Source: Deltaproteobacteria bacterium (GTDB lineage Bacteria; Bdellovibrionota; JAJCYS01). From it: a stretch of 64,000 bases of DNA. Shown here piece after piece: positions 19,696 through 29,604 of this stretch. Each line of letters starts with the position of its first letter. Positions within the stretch are counted from its first letter, which is position 1. The notes beneath the pieces were generated by a model. The model was given only the letters and a program-made list of their open reading frames with translations. It was not told the origin of the DNA and made no database searches. The stretch is taken from contig JAJCYS010000038.1 in the NCBI GenBank assembly GCA_029262815.1, positions 15,182 through 79,181 of the forward strand, read 5' to 3'. Made by a program: the position numbers and the translations under genes.

Positions 19696-20963
19696 GGTGT
19701 CCCTTCACTGCCTTCAGGCCGTACTACCAAAACAGCATTTGTGCCGCCAAATCCAAAAGAGTTTGTCATAAACGCTTTGGACCGATCAGCAGGCACTGGA
19801 TCACGTCCAACCAATGAAAGTCCGTACGAATCAACAGGGTTTTCGAGATTCAACGTCGGTGGATAAAAACCTTCGCGAATTGCTAAGAGTGAGAAAATCA
19901 TTTCACAAGACCCCGCAGCTCCGAGCATATGCCCGGTCAAACTTTTGGTCGAAGATACATACGTATGTTTTGCACGATCTCCAAGCACACGTGATATTGC
20001 CATGAGCTCTAACTCATCCCCTGCAGGTGTACTAGTGCCATGTGCATTCACGTACCCTATTTGTTCAGGTGACAGCTGAGCATCTTTTAATGCCATTCGC
20101 ATCGCTTGCTCCCCGCCTTTGCCCTCAGGTGCGGGCAAGGCAACATGATAAGCATCTGATGTAGAGCCATAACCCAAAATCTCACCATAACCTTTTGCCT
20201 GACGCGCTTCAGCATGTGTCTGAGATTCTAAAACCACATATCCAGCACCTTCGGCTATCACGAAACCATCTCGGTCACGATCAAACGGGCGCGAAGCTCG
20301 TTCGGGTTCTTTGTTGTATCGTGTGGACAAAGCCCTCATATTGGCAAAGCCAGCAACTGAAATTGGGACTAAAACAGCTTCACAGCCGCCAACCAGCACT
20401 CGATCTAATTGACCTGATTGAATTTTATAAAAAGCTTCTCCAATAGCATGTGAACCGGAAGCGCATGCAGATGCAATAGCCAAGTTCGGCCCCTGAATAC
20501 CAAGCCGTATCCCAAGATGACCACTTGCTAGGTTCGGAATACACATAGGGATTAAAAAAGGATTTACTCGTTTTGCGCCTCTTTGCTCGAGCACCGTTTG
20601 TTGTCTTGAAATGGCGCCAATACCGCCTACACCGATACCCGTAATCACACCTGTACGATGAGCAGCGTCCCCATTTAGCTTATCTAGATCGGCGTCAGCC
20701 CAAGCTTTGAGCCCAGCCACCATCGCCAAATGGATAAAGCGATCCATACGCCTTTGTTCTTTGGGGGGAATATACTCGTCAATTGGTAAATCTAAAATTT
20801 GCCCCACAACACGAGAAGCAATATCAGGCGCGAAGGACTCATCAAAGCATGTAATACCTGATCGCCCTTGCTTCAGAGACTGAGTTACGTCAGATAAAGT
20901 GCACCCGATAGGGGTAGCACATCCCATCCCCGTAACCCACACCTTGTTCCCGGAACGGGTCAT
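19692..20963 (-). CDS. fabF: 3-oxoacyl-ACP synthase II
   Basis: Active-site Cys block IASACASGSHAIG, HGTSTPAGD, GHMLGAAG; 423 aa. Confidence 0.9.
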   Translation of the reverse strand: MTRSGNKVWVTGMGCATPIGCTLSDVTQSLKQGRSGITCFDESFAPDIASRVVGQILDLPIDEYIPPKEQRRMDRFIHLAMVAGLKAWADADLDKLNGDAAHRTGVITGIGVGGIGAISRQQTVLEQRGAKRVNPFLIPMCIPNLASGHLGIRLGIQGPNLAIASACASGSHAIGEAFYKIQSGQLDRVLVGGCEAVLVPISVAGFANMRALSTRYNKEPERASRPFDRDRDGFVIAEGAGYVVLESQTHAEARQAKGYGEILGYGSTSDAYHVALPAPEGKGGEQAMRMALKDAQLSPEQIGYVNAHGTSTPAGDELELMAISRVLGDRAKHTYVSSTKSLTGHMLGAAGSCEMIFSLLAIREGFYPPTLNLENPVDSYGLSLVGRDPVPADRSKAFMTNSFGFGGTNAVLVVRPEGSEGTP

Positions 20964-20984
20964 AAAACGTCCTAACCTAAAAAA

Positions 20985-21236
20985 TTAAGTGTCGCTTTTC
21001 TTCGATTTAATATAAGTCACCGCATCCCCTACGGTTTTGATCTTTTCACCATCTTCATCTGGTATTTGTAAATCAAATTCCTCTTCCATGGACATAACCA
21101 ACTCTACGATATCTAACGAATCAGCGCCTAAATCATCTATAAAGGAAGTACTTAATTGCACCTTATCCAGTTCAACATGAAGCTGATCTGCCACCATGCC
21201 TCGCACGCGCTCTTCTAATGATGCTCCACCCGACAT
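20985..21236 (-). CDS. acpP: acyl carrier protein
   Basis: [13 protein letters not shown] phosphopantetheine-attachment motif. Start set at ATG 21236 (MSGGAS) preceded by AGGAGGA; the ORF-track start at 21266 is an extension. Confidence 0.9.
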   Translation of the reverse strand: MSGGASLEERVRGMVADQLHVELDKVQLSTSFIDDLGADSLDIVELVMSMEEEFDLQIPDEDGEKIKTVGDAVTYIKSKKSDT

Positions 21237-21274
21237 TGTTTCCTCCTCTTGAATTACACAAATCACTATTTAAA

Positions 21275-21290
21275 GGATAAATTTATCCTA
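21275..21290. promoter_or_regulatory. perfect 16-bp palindrome AGGATAAATTTATCCT between fabG stop and acpP start
   Basis: Read directly. AT-rich centre suggests a dimeric-regulator operator rather than a stable RNA hairpin; function inferred. Confidence 0.3.
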
Positions 21291-21342
21291 CATTTTTTCT
21301 GAGAACAAATCCAAAACCCTTTTTTTGCAAAAAAAACCCGAA

Positions 21343-22092
21343 TTAGCACCTTCCCCCATCTACCACAAGCGTTTGCCCTGTAATATACGCACCAGCAACG
21401 GACGCCAAAAACACACAACTAGACGCTACTTCATGGGGTTGCCCCACACGACCCAAGGGAATGTGTTGCGTGATAGCCTCTTGGTTGTTTTTGATCAAAT
21501 CAGCCGTCATGTCCGTTTCAATAAACCCCGGGGCCACCGCATTCACTCGTATACCTCTAGAGGCATACTCTTTTGCTAACGATTTTGTCAGTCCAATTAA
21601 CCCAGCTTTCACGGCTGCATAGACGCATTGCCCTGCATTTCCGCCTAAACCGACAATACTCCCGATATGAATAATGGACGGATTTTTAGATCGACTCAAC
21701 ATTAGAAATGCATGCTTGTCGATTAACATTGCAGACCTCAAATTGACCTGCCACATATGATCCATATCCTCTAAAGAGGTTCGGGGCAATAAGGTAGATT
21801 TTTCAACCCCTGCATTATTAACCAAAATATCGAGCCCTCCAAATTTTGATTTAATTTCTTTGAGAGTCGATTGGATTTCAGTCTCAGAGCACAGATCCGC
21901 ACGTAAACATAAGGGAGCCTTTCCCCCATTAGACACGATTTCATCAGCAACTTTCTGCGCCTTATCCTCTTGAGAAATATAATGAATGATGACTTGGGCA
22001 CCTTGTACAGCAAACGCTTTTGCAATCGCAGCACCGATTCCTCGAGAACTCCCAGTCACCCAAACCACACTATTTTCTAAACTTTGGCTCAT
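21343..22092 (-). CDS. fabG: 3-oxoacyl-ACP reductase
   Basis: [13 protein letters not shown] and YAAVKAG (YxxxK). Start at 22092 (MSQSL) preceded by GAAGGGG. Confidence 0.85.
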   Translation of the reverse strand: MSQSLENSVVWVTGSSRGIGAAIAKAFAVQGAQVIIHYISQEDKAQKVADEIVSNGGKAPLCLRADLCSETEIQSTLKEIKSKFGGLDILVNNAGVEKSTLLPRTSLEDMDHMWQVNLRSAMLIDKHAFLMLSRSKNPSIIHIGSIVGLGGNAGQCVYAAVKAGLIGLTKSLAKEYASRGIRVNAVAPGFIETDMTADLIKNNQEAITQHIPLGRVGQPHEVASSCVFLASVAGAYITGQTLVVDGGRC

Positions 22093-22105
22093 TACATACA
22101 CCCCT

Positions 22106-23116
22106 TCACCCTTGGAGGGCCACATTCACTGTCTCTAAGGAGGCCTGGTCAGATACTGTAAACACAGGAACCTGCACATCTCGCTTCATCATTGTACTTA
22201 ACACAGGTTTTGGTCCAAACTCAACAATAGCATCTAGACCAGCAACCCTACTAAGCGCCCGTACGATTAAACTCCAACGCACAGGATGGTCAAGTTGTGC
22301 TAGAAGTAATTTCAAAACTAAATCTGGCGTGACTTCTTGAAGGGGCATGGGTTCAGCGGTCACATTAGGCAGATAACACCCTTCTAAATCTTCACAAATA
22401 AACGGATTATAGATAGCTTCTTCACACACTTCAGCAAAAGACTCTTTCATTGACGTCATATAAGGTGAGTGAAAAGGTGCAGACACATCAAGAGGTACCA
22501 CTTTTTGAATGCCAACTTCGGATCCCAAGTCATACAGTTGACGTAAGCATGCAAGGCGACCACTGACAACAACCTGACGTTCTGAATTAAAGTTCGCAAC
22601 CACAAGCGCTCGCTCATCCCCAAATTTTTGAGAAATTGTTTCACAGGCAGTCATCACATCATCCACATCTCGGGTAAAAACTGCAGCCATGCCACCAAAC
22701 TCGTTGGGACACACTTCTTGCATCAGCTTGCCACGCATATGAACCACACCCACTGTTTTTTTGGGATTCAAACACCCGGCAGCAGCAAGTGCTGTGTACT
22801 CCCCCAAACTATGACCCGCATAAAACCACCCGTTCGGCGTATGGGTGCGTACAAAAGCTTGGTACGCCACAAAGCTGTAGGTAAAAATAAGAGGTTGGGC
22901 AACCTGCGTTTGTTGGAGGGCTGCCTTATCACTCTCGAATAACCACTCTCTAAGCGGTAGTGAGCTTGTCGCCTCGAATGTTTCAATACAAGAGGTGTAA
23001 GGCTCAAAGGTTTGTAGCTTTTCACCCATGCCCGGATGCTGCGCACCTTGGCCTGTAAAAACACATGCGATTCTCTTATCCTTCACTCGCTTCTCCCCGA
23101 TGCTAGGGTTTATCAT
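22106..23116 (-). CDS. fabD: malonyl CoA-ACP transacylase
   Basis: [10 protein letters not shown] and GHSLGEY active-site motifs; N-terminus may be over-extended. Confidence 0.85.
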   Translation of the reverse strand: MINPSIGEKRVKDKRIACVFTGQGAQHPGMGEKLQTFEPYTSCIETFEATSSLPLREWLFESDKAALQQTQVAQPLIFTYSFVAYQAFVRTHTPNGWFYAGHSLGEYTALAAAGCLNPKKTVGVVHMRGKLMQEVCPNEFGGMAAVFTRDVDDVMTACETISQKFGDERALVVANFNSERQVVVSGRLACLRQLYDLGSEVGIQKVVPLDVSAPFHSPYMTSMKESFAEVCEEAIYNPFICEDLEGCYLPNVTAEPMPLQEVTPDLVLKLLLAQLDHPVRWSLIVRALSRVAGLDAIVEFGPKPVLSTMMKRDVQVPVFTVSDQASLETVNVALQG

Positions 23117-23195
23117 ACCGGCTAAAAAAAGCTCAGCGCCAGCTCTATTTTATTCAATTACTTAAACGAAGGCAGAGGCAAGAATGACTAAGAGA

Positions 23196-24233
23196 TTATT
23201 TGGCGTTTGATTCGGGAATGGCAGCTAAAGCCTGACCGAGTAAATTTTGGTACCAATTGAAATCCATGGCGTGGCTCTGCAAAATGCACTGCGCAATCGC
23301 CGCCCCATCACTTCTACCATGACAGACAAATATGCTACCTTTGAGACCCAGTAACGGCGCGCCACCCACTTCACGAAAGTCTAAACCTTTCTTCAAGGCT
23401 CTCCAGTTGTTTCTAGATATCCACATCCCTAGCTTGTTAACCCATGAACTTTGCACGTAATACCGTTTTAATTCAATTCGGAATCGTTCAACTAGACTCT
23501 CAGTTGTCTTCACAACAATATTGCCAATAAAACCATCCGAGATTAACACTTCAGGTGGGTTAATAAAAACCTGGGACGCATCTACCATCCCTTTAAAATC
23601 CATCCGAGGCACCTGGGCTTGAGACAACAAATCAAAGGCGTCTTTGACGGCACGTGACCCTTTCGAAGATTCCTCGCCATTACTCAATAGACCTACAGTG
23701 ACTCGTTCTTTCTTGTATGCAAAGGCATAATAAATCGCACCCATGGCACCAAATTGAGCTAAATGTATGGGTCGACAGTCAACATTTGCGCCCCCATCAA
23801 GTAACAAAGTGGGCCCTCTGACTGTGGGATAAACGACGCCCAAACCGGGTCGAAGTATACGGTCATGTCGACCAAGTACACTCACAGCCGCCATAAACAC
23901 AGCACCTGTGTGACCGGCACTTACGACCGAACTCCCCTGACCTTCTTTGAGAAGCTGAAGTGCACGAAAAATTGTACACCCTCTCATTTTTAAAACTTCT
24001 TGTGCAGGACGGTCCATATCGAATTGCGAATCACAATGCTCGAAAGTCACCGTTGATGGCAAATGCTTCAATCCACGCTTCGTCAACTCATGACGAAGTT
24101 GGTCCTCAGGCCCTACTAAAATTAGCGAAAGCCCACCACTGGTCTTTCGAATAATTTGAGCAACGCCATCTACATTTGCCTCAATAGCGCGATCACCACC
24201 GAGACAATCTAAAATGACAGGTTTATTACCCAC
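23196..24233 (-). CDS. plsX: phosphate acyltransferase PlsX
   Basis: 345 aa; position between rpmF and fabD; LGGDRAIEANV-type N-terminal block. Confidence 0.85.
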   Translation of the reverse strand: MGNKPVILDCLGGDRAIEANVDGVAQIIRKTSGGLSLILVGPEDQLRHELTKRGLKHLPSTVTFEHCDSQFDMDRPAQEVLKMRGCTIFRALQLLKEGQGSSVVSAGHTGAVFMAAVSVLGRHDRILRPGLGVVYPTVRGPTLLLDGGANVDCRPIHLAQFGAMGAIYYAFAYKKERVTVGLLSNGEESSKGSRAVKDAFDLLSQAQVPRMDFKGMVDASQVFINPPEVLISDGFIGNIVVKTTESLVERFRIELKRYYVQSSWVNKLGMWISRNNWRALKKGLDFREVGGAPLLGLKGSIFVCHGRSDGAAIAQCILQSHAMDFNWYQNLLGQALAAIPESNAK

Positions 24234-24252
24234 TGAGAATCGAATGCGTGAA

Positions 24253-24423
24253 TTAGTTTAAGACCAATCTACCAGCATAATGGCCGCAAGAAAGACACAC
24301 GTGATGCGGTCTTTTTGTAGTGCCACAGTTTGAACAGGCACTGTAAGCCTGCAGCTTTATCTTGTGACTCTTGCGTCGTTGATTTCGCTTCATGGGCGAT
24401 GTTTTTTTCTTTGGTACAGCCAT
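24253..24423 (-). CDS. rpmF: 50S ribosomal protein L32
   Basis: Minus-strand translation gives [56 protein letters not shown] (56 aa). Below the 60-aa cutoff of the ORF track; canonical position upstream of plsX. Confidence 0.85.
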   Translation of the reverse strand: MAVPKKKTSPMKRNQRRKSHKIKLQAYSACSNCGTTKRPHHVCLSCGHYAGRLVLN

Positions 24424-24525
24424 AATTTTTTTACCCTAAGTTAGATGGTGCTAATGTACACAGTGTTCCTGATTATATCAAGCTTTTTCGTTTCGAATGC
24501 ACTAAGATACTAATCCATAATAAAA

Positions 24526-25965
24526 ATGGACTGCTTTATGACAAATCATCTGATTCCAGACCAAAAAACTTCAAACGCTCTCAAAAAAAACCTTAAACTC
24601 CACTTTGTCGGCATTGGCGGATGTGGGATGGGCCCTCTCGCCTATTTGCTTGCCAAAGAAGGACACCGCGTTACGGGCAGTGACGCTTCTTCTTCTGACA
24701 TGACCATTCAACTTACAAATTCAGGCATTTGCGTACATATAGGTCATGATGCAACCCATGTTGAATCGCCTGATTTGGTCATTTATAGCAGTGCGATCCC
24801 CTCTTCAAATTGTGAACTAACAGCTGCTCGTGAGAAAGCCATCCCAACATACCCTCGAAGCAGACTCCTGGCTGATCTAGTCAGACGGTACGATAGCATC
24901 GTGGTTTCGGGCTCCCATGGCAAAACAAGCACCACAGCCCTCCTATATTGGGCCTTGAGACATCTGGGCCAAAACCCTTCAACCGTTTTTGGCAGCCATC
25001 TCATGAATGAACCCATGTCTGCCCATCTTTCTGATAGCCCTCTATTTGTAGTAGAAAGTGATGAAAGTGATCGCTCTTTTCTCTCTTTTCATCCAACCGT
25101 GGCTATCGTAACCAATATCGATCGAGAACATTTAAGCGCTTATGGCACCTTTGAAAACCTAGCCCTTGCGTTCGAGCGATTTGCCAAACAAGTACCGTTT
25201 TACGGGTTTACCGTTTTATCTGCTGATTGTCCTCACAGCCGAAAGATTTTCAAACGCATGAGCCATAAAGTAACGACGTTTGGGTTTCATCCGGATGCCT
25301 CGTTCAGAGTTGATCCGAGAACACTTTCAAACAACCTAATCAGTTCTTTTGAAGTCATTGAAGGTCAGTCAACTTATCGCATTCATTGTCAGATATTGGG
25401 TCAGTTCCAAGTAAAAAATATGTTGGCGGCCGTGGCAACCTTGCGAACCATGGGGTTTACGGCCGAGTCTCTTGAATTTGCTTTTGAAGATTTCCCAGGT
25501 GTTGAGCGCCGACTCCAGGTTCTACATCGTCATCCTTATACCTTGATTAGTGATTATGCACACCATCCGACAGAACTCGAAGCGGTTTTTTCTGCTGTTT
25601 CAGCCTTTGCCCCGGATGTGACGCTCATCTTCCAACCTCATCGGTACAGTCGTTTCATGTCCCATGCCCATACTTTCCTCGACTTACTCAAGCGTATTCC
25701 AAAAGCCGTCATTCTCCCACTATACGGTGCGGCTGAACAACCGCCACCTGACTTCGATGCGTTTTGGAAAGAGTGGTCAACCACCCTTAACCAACAAGCT
25801 TCGGGACACGTTTCTTTTATTAACGAGTCTGAGTTTAACGACATCCTTCGATCCGTACCCTCAGGCGGTACTGCACTTTGCTGCGGTGCTGGCTCCATTC
25901 ATCGTATGGCACTTGCATCCTCAACGGAATGTGCCACAACCCTTGTTGCATCTCATGCCATTTAA
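24526..25965 (+). CDS. murC: UDP-N-acetylmuramate--L-alanine ligase
   Basis: LHFVGIGGCGMGPLA nucleotide-binding motif; GSHGKTSTTA P-loop; 479 aa. Confidence 0.9.
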   Translation: MDCFMTNHLIPDQKTSNALKKNLKLHFVGIGGCGMGPLAYLLAKEGHRVTGSDASSSDMTIQLTNSGICVHIGHDATHVESPDLVIYSSAIPSSNCELTAAREKAIPTYPRSRLLADLVRRYDSIVVSGSHGKTSTTALLYWALRHLGQNPSTVFGSHLMNEPMSAHLSDSPLFVVESDESDRSFLSFHPTVAIVTNIDREHLSAYGTFENLALAFERFAKQVPFYGFTVLSADCPHSRKIFKRMSHKVTTFGFHPDASFRVDPRTLSNNLISSFEVIEGQSTYRIHCQILGQFQVKNMLAAVATLRTMGFTAESLEFAFEDFPGVERRLQVLHRHPYTLISDYAHHPTELEAVFSAVSAFAPDVTLIFQPHRYSRFMSHAHTFLDLLKRIPKAVILPLYGAAEQPPPDFDAFWKEWSTTLNQQASGHVSFINESEFNDILRSVPSGGTALCCGAGSIHRMALASSTECATTLVASHAI

Positions 25966-26893
25966 AAACCTCGAAAATTTTCTGACGCAATCCCATATTC
26001 CTTTTCAAAAGGATGTGCCGTTGTCACAGTTGACAACTGTCGGGATCGGCGCACGTGTGCCTTATTGGATTTTGCCGGCGACAGTTGATCAATTGCTATC
26101 AACTGCTCATATCCTTCAAAAGCTAACGATTCCCGTATGGATTCACGGTCAAGGCAGCAATATGTTATTTCACCTTGATCAGGACCCCTATCCCGGTGTG
26201 TTACTCTCTTGGCTCCCCACAAAGGCGCAGATGCCGCTTAGTCCGTTTGAACCCCAATTGATCCATTCAGGACTCCGAAAATCCCAACTTGCTACTTTTC
26301 TTTCGAAACACAAAATTCAAGATGCCATTTGGTTACACGGTATCCCAGGCACTTTGGCTGGTGGCCTCGCAATGAACGCGGGCACGCCGTTGGGTTGCTT
26401 TTCTGATATTGTCCACGAAGTCACGTGGATCAACCTTAAATCACAAACCTTCTCTCAATCACATCCTCAAAAAGATCAGTTTGGATATCGCTCCCAAACT
26501 CTGTGGAATACAGATCAACTTATTACGGAATGTAGTTTTATATTCAGATCCCCTGATGAATCCACATCTTTTGCAGAACAGTTTGCTCGGGCCCGCCAAT
26601 ATCGAAAGCAAACACAACCGCTGACAGACAAAAGTTTTGGCTCCACATTTCGTAATCCAAAACCGCAATTTGCGGGTGCCCTAATCTCCGAAAGTGGGCT
26701 CAAAGGTTTTCAAGTGGGGGAAGCGATGATCAGCCCTCACCATAGCAACTTTTTTATCAATACAGGCCAAGCCCAATCTCACGATATGCTAACCCTCATC
26801 AAAACGGCCCAAGAAAAGATCTTCAAAGATCATGGAATCGAATTGGTTCCTGAGGTTAAAATCGTAAGCAAATTCGACACCCTAAGTGACTAA
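25955..26893 (+). CDS. murB: UDP-N-acetylenolpyruvoylglucosamine reductase
   Basis: Follows murC with 11-nt overlap. Start set at ATG 25955 (MPFKNL); the ORF-track start at 25664 lies inside murC. Confidence 0.8.
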   Translation: MPFKNLENFLTQSHIPFQKDVPLSQLTTVGIGARVPYWILPATVDQLLSTAHILQKLTIPVWIHGQGSNMLFHLDQDPYPGVLLSWLPTKAQMPLSPFEPQLIHSGLRKSQLATFLSKHKIQDAIWLHGIPGTLAGGLAMNAGTPLGCFSDIVHEVTWINLKSQTFSQSHPQKDQFGYRSQTLWNTDQLITECSFIFRSPDESTSFAEQFARARQYRKQTQPLTDKSFGSTFRNPKPQFAGALISESGLKGFQVGEAMISPHHSNFFINTGQAQSHDMLTLIKTAQEKIFKDHGIELVPEVKIVSKFDTLSD

Positions 26894-26934
26894 AATCCCT
26901 AAAGGACACTCAATTTTATAGTACAATAGAGGAA

Positions 26935-27672
26935 GTGGCATGGAAGACACCATACGGAATCCTATTGGGCTGCTTTCTTTGGAGTCACATGGGATTTGCT
27001 CAAGAGGAGCGACGCATCCTCGATGTGCGTGGACCCACGACCCATCTCAGCAAAGTACACAACCGTCAAAAATCTTCAGGATTTAAACTTGGCTTTTCTC
27101 TTGCTTCACAACTCCCACTAGAAACACTCGCGGTTGCTGTCGACAACATTGATCCTACCAAAACAGCTGACTTTGTTGCTAAGGCGACTTTTCACGGCCA
27201 ACTGTCCATCGCATTCATGTTGTTTCATCGGCTGGAAATTTTTGGATTTGTTGGGTTTGGGCTGTGGTCTGCTGACGCTGTCTTAGATGCAGCCATCTTT
27301 GAGAGTCTGACACTCGACTTGAGTATGTTTGAGGGAGGAGCGGGTGCGCTCTATAAGTTCTTCAGTGGGGATATTCTCCCATATCTGATTGTCTATTTTG
27401 GCGGCTCGTCGACTACGGCCGATCTATTCAAAAACAACGATATTGGACTTCAGGAAGGCGAACAAGCCACGTTGTTTTACGGCGGCGCTGGCGCGGGTGT
27501 GGAAGTTTATCTGACACCTCACTGCGGATTTCGGATACAGTTTGTGGGTTTGTTTTATAACGATTTAGTCGACTTGGATGTTTTTATTGGTGGGGGGGGA
27601 ATCGAGCAAGCCGATTTGCCAGAACGCTGGGTCAATCTACTCATCACAACAGGGCTTTTTTATGAATTTTGA
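26935..27672 (+). CDS. putative outer-membrane beta-barrel protein
   Basis: Signal peptide; Gly/aromatic-rich alternating pattern; C-terminal ...LFYEF ending in Phe, typical of OMP barrels. Confidence 0.5.
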   Translation: MAWKTPYGILLGCFLWSHMGFAQEERRILDVRGPTTHLSKVHNRQKSSGFKLGFSLASQLPLETLAVAVDNIDPTKTADFVAKATFHGQLSIAFMLFHRLEIFGFVGFGLWSADAVLDAAIFESLTLDLSMFEGGAGALYKFFSGDILPYLIVYFGGSSTTADLFKNNDIGLQEGEQATLFYGGAGAGVEVYLTPHCGFRIQFVGLFYNDLVDLDVFIGGGGIEQADLPERWVNLLITTGLFYEF

Positions 27673-27708
27673 CTCTCTATATAATAGAGAAGAGAGGGGG
27701 GAGCAACC

Positions 27709-28341
27709 ATGAGTCAAATTATTGGTTTTTTTCAACAAGGGGGGATGTTTATGATACCGATCGCCCTGTGTTTGCTATTTAGTGTGGTTATCAGTATTGA
27801 ACGGTTCTTCAAAGTCTATTACCTGTATAGCATCGACAGCACCTCCTTTATTTCCAAAGTTCAAAATCTGACCCTTCAAAAAAATTACGACCAAGCCATT
27901 TCGCTCTGCAACTCAAAGGAAACAGCTCTTTTACCCCGCGTTATTAAATCCGCACTTCAGGGAGCCAACGAAACAGAACACAAAGTAAACATCCGAATCG
28001 AAGAAGCTACGTTGGGCGTACTGCCGCTTATTGAAAAAAGACAATCCATCCTGCCGATGATTGCAAACGTTGCCACACTGCTCGGACTGCTCGGTACGAT
28101 TGTGGGCTTAATCGAAGCCTTTGGTGCGGTTGCATCAGCCGAACCTGCCTTAAAAGCTGAGCTGCTCACACAGTCCATTTCGATCGCGATGAACACAACT
28201 GCATTTGGATTGATTGTGGCGATTCCCACCAATATTTTCCACACCATCATTCAAGAGCGGGCTACAAAAATCATCGGAGATATCGATCAGTATGCCGTAC
28301 GTATTTCTCATTTATTAAGCTTGAGTAGTGCTAAAGGATAG
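27709..28341 (+). CDS. MotA/TolQ/ExbB-family proton channel
   Basis: 210 aa; three TM segments with LLGLLGTIVGLIEAF block typical of ExbB/TolQ. Confidence 0.75.
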   Translation: MSQIIGFFQQGGMFMIPIALCLLFSVVISIERFFKVYYLYSIDSTSFISKVQNLTLQKNYDQAISLCNSKETALLPRVIKSALQGANETEHKVNIRIEEATLGVLPLIEKRQSILPMIANVATLLGLLGTIVGLIEAFGAVASAEPALKAELLTQSISIAMNTTAFGLIVAIPTNIFHTIIQERATKIIGDIDQYAVRISHLLSLSSAKG

Positions 28342-28347
28342 AAGAGC

Positions 28348-28896
28348 ATGAGACCTCCCAGCCAGCGAAGTTATCGTCGCAAACAGGAACAGGAACTCGA
28401 ACTCACGCCGATGATGAGCCTTTTTGTTGGGCTGGTACCTTTTCTGTTAACGCTTGCCGTATTCACAAAAGTGACCTTAATCTCCCTGCCCTTGCCAAAA
28501 GTAGCCCAAACAGAACAAGAGATCCGAAAAGTAGAGAAGGAAAAATTCTATCTCAGGGTGTATATCATCGATCGTAAGACAAAAAACCAAGTCCGTGGGC
28601 GACCGGGATTCGTGGTAGATAGCAACGCCTTTCGCAAAGGACCCAAATTTCTGCCCCTAACCAAAGAGAAGTCGTACGACACAACGGGGCTCAACGCCGT
28701 AATGCTTGAGGTTAAGAAGAAGAATATCAAACGGAAAAATGTCATTATCATTTCGGGTAAATATGTAGGGTTTCAGGATTTGGTCAGGACTTTAGATGCG
28801 ACACGTGAAATTCTACCCGAATTGGCTGTGAACAATCCTGAACTTCTAGGTGTAGAGCTTTTTCCTGACGTTATTATGGATGAGGCAGGTAGTTAG
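28348..28896 (+). CDS. ExbD/TolR-family protein
   Basis: 182 aa; single N-terminal TM preceded by a LELTP motif. Confidence 0.6.
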   Translation: MRPPSQRSYRRKQEQELELTPMMSLFVGLVPFLLTLAVFTKVTLISLPLPKVAQTEQEIRKVEKEKFYLRVYIIDRKTKNQVRGRPGFVVDSNAFRKGPKFLPLTKEKSYDTTGLNAVMLEVKKKNIKRKNVIIISGKYVGFQDLVRTLDATREILPELAVNNPELLGVELFPDVIMDEAGS

Positions 28897-29422
28897 AGAT
28901 ATGAGTCGATTTAAATCGAAACGTCGCGCTCGAGCCCAAACGCCGCAGCTTCAAATCACATCACTCCTTGATATTATGACGGTACTGCTTTTCTTTTTGC
29001 TCAAAAGCTTTGGCACCACACCTGAATTGAACATTTCAAAAAATCTTGAATTACCTAAAAGTGTCAGCACACGACCTGCGGTTTATGCGTTGAATATCGC
29101 CGTTTCAAAAAACGAGATCTCAGTTGATGGAGAGTCGATTATCGCATTGCAAGGCATCAGCAAGGAGACAAAACGTTTGCCTCAAGCTGTATTTCGGAGA
29201 GATCCTGATTTGATTGCTCCGCTCTTTGAACTCTTGGCCAAAAAGAGAAGTTACGCCGCTAAACTTGCAAAACGCGATCCGCTTATAAAATTCAAAGGCG
29301 ACTGTATCATTCAAGCTGACCAAGACACGCCATTTCACATTATTAAAAAGGTGCTCTATACGGCTGGTCAGGCTGGGTATTTGATGCTCAATGTCGCGAC
29401 CTTGTCGACAAAAGATATTTAA
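28880..29422 (+). CDS. ExbD/TolR-family protein (second copy)
   Basis: ITSLLDIMTVLLFFLL TM block; likely start at MSRFKS (28901). Confidence 0.6.
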   Translation: MRQVVRDMSRFKSKRRARAQTPQLQITSLLDIMTVLLFFLLKSFGTTPELNISKNLELPKSVSTRPAVYALNIAVSKNEISVDGESIIALQGISKETKRLPQAVFRRDPDLIAPLFELLAKKRSYAAKLAKRDPLIKFKGDCIIQADQDTPFHIIKKVLYTAGQAGYLMLNVATLSTKDI

Positions 29423-29430
29423 GTAAAGTT

Positions 29431-29474
29431 GGATCCCCGCTCCTTCTTCGTCATCCCTGCCTTCGCAGGGATCC
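29431..29474. repeat. family B-type palindromic element (reverse orientation)
   Basis: GGATCCCCGC...ATCCCTGCCTTCGCAGGGATCC; hairpin ATCCCTG / CAGGGAT with CCTTCG loop. Confidence 0.6.
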
Positions 29475-29486
29475 ATTTCGACTTAC

Positions 29487-29537
29487 TGCCAAAAGGGTGC
29501 CGGGGAACCTTAGTGCTTTGGGGAACCTAAGTGCTTT
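29487..29537. repeat. family A repeat, 1.5 units (TGCCAAAAGGGTGCCGGGGAACCTTAGTGCTTTGGGGAACCTAAGTGCTTT)
   Basis: Same GGGGAACCTAAG core as the 10182-10335 array; here upstream of the plus-strand CDS 29605-31929. Confidence 0.7.
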
Positions 29538-29604
29538 CCCACCTACTTCCAAACAGCAATTCCTGATATACTACTCACAAGAAATTAGATTCGAGGGGGA
29601 AAGA

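Noticed and set aside
25664-25954. ORF-track N-terminal extension of murB (409 aa) overlapping murC
   Set aside because: It lies in an alternative frame inside murC; the MurB-like sequence begins at MPFKNL (25955).
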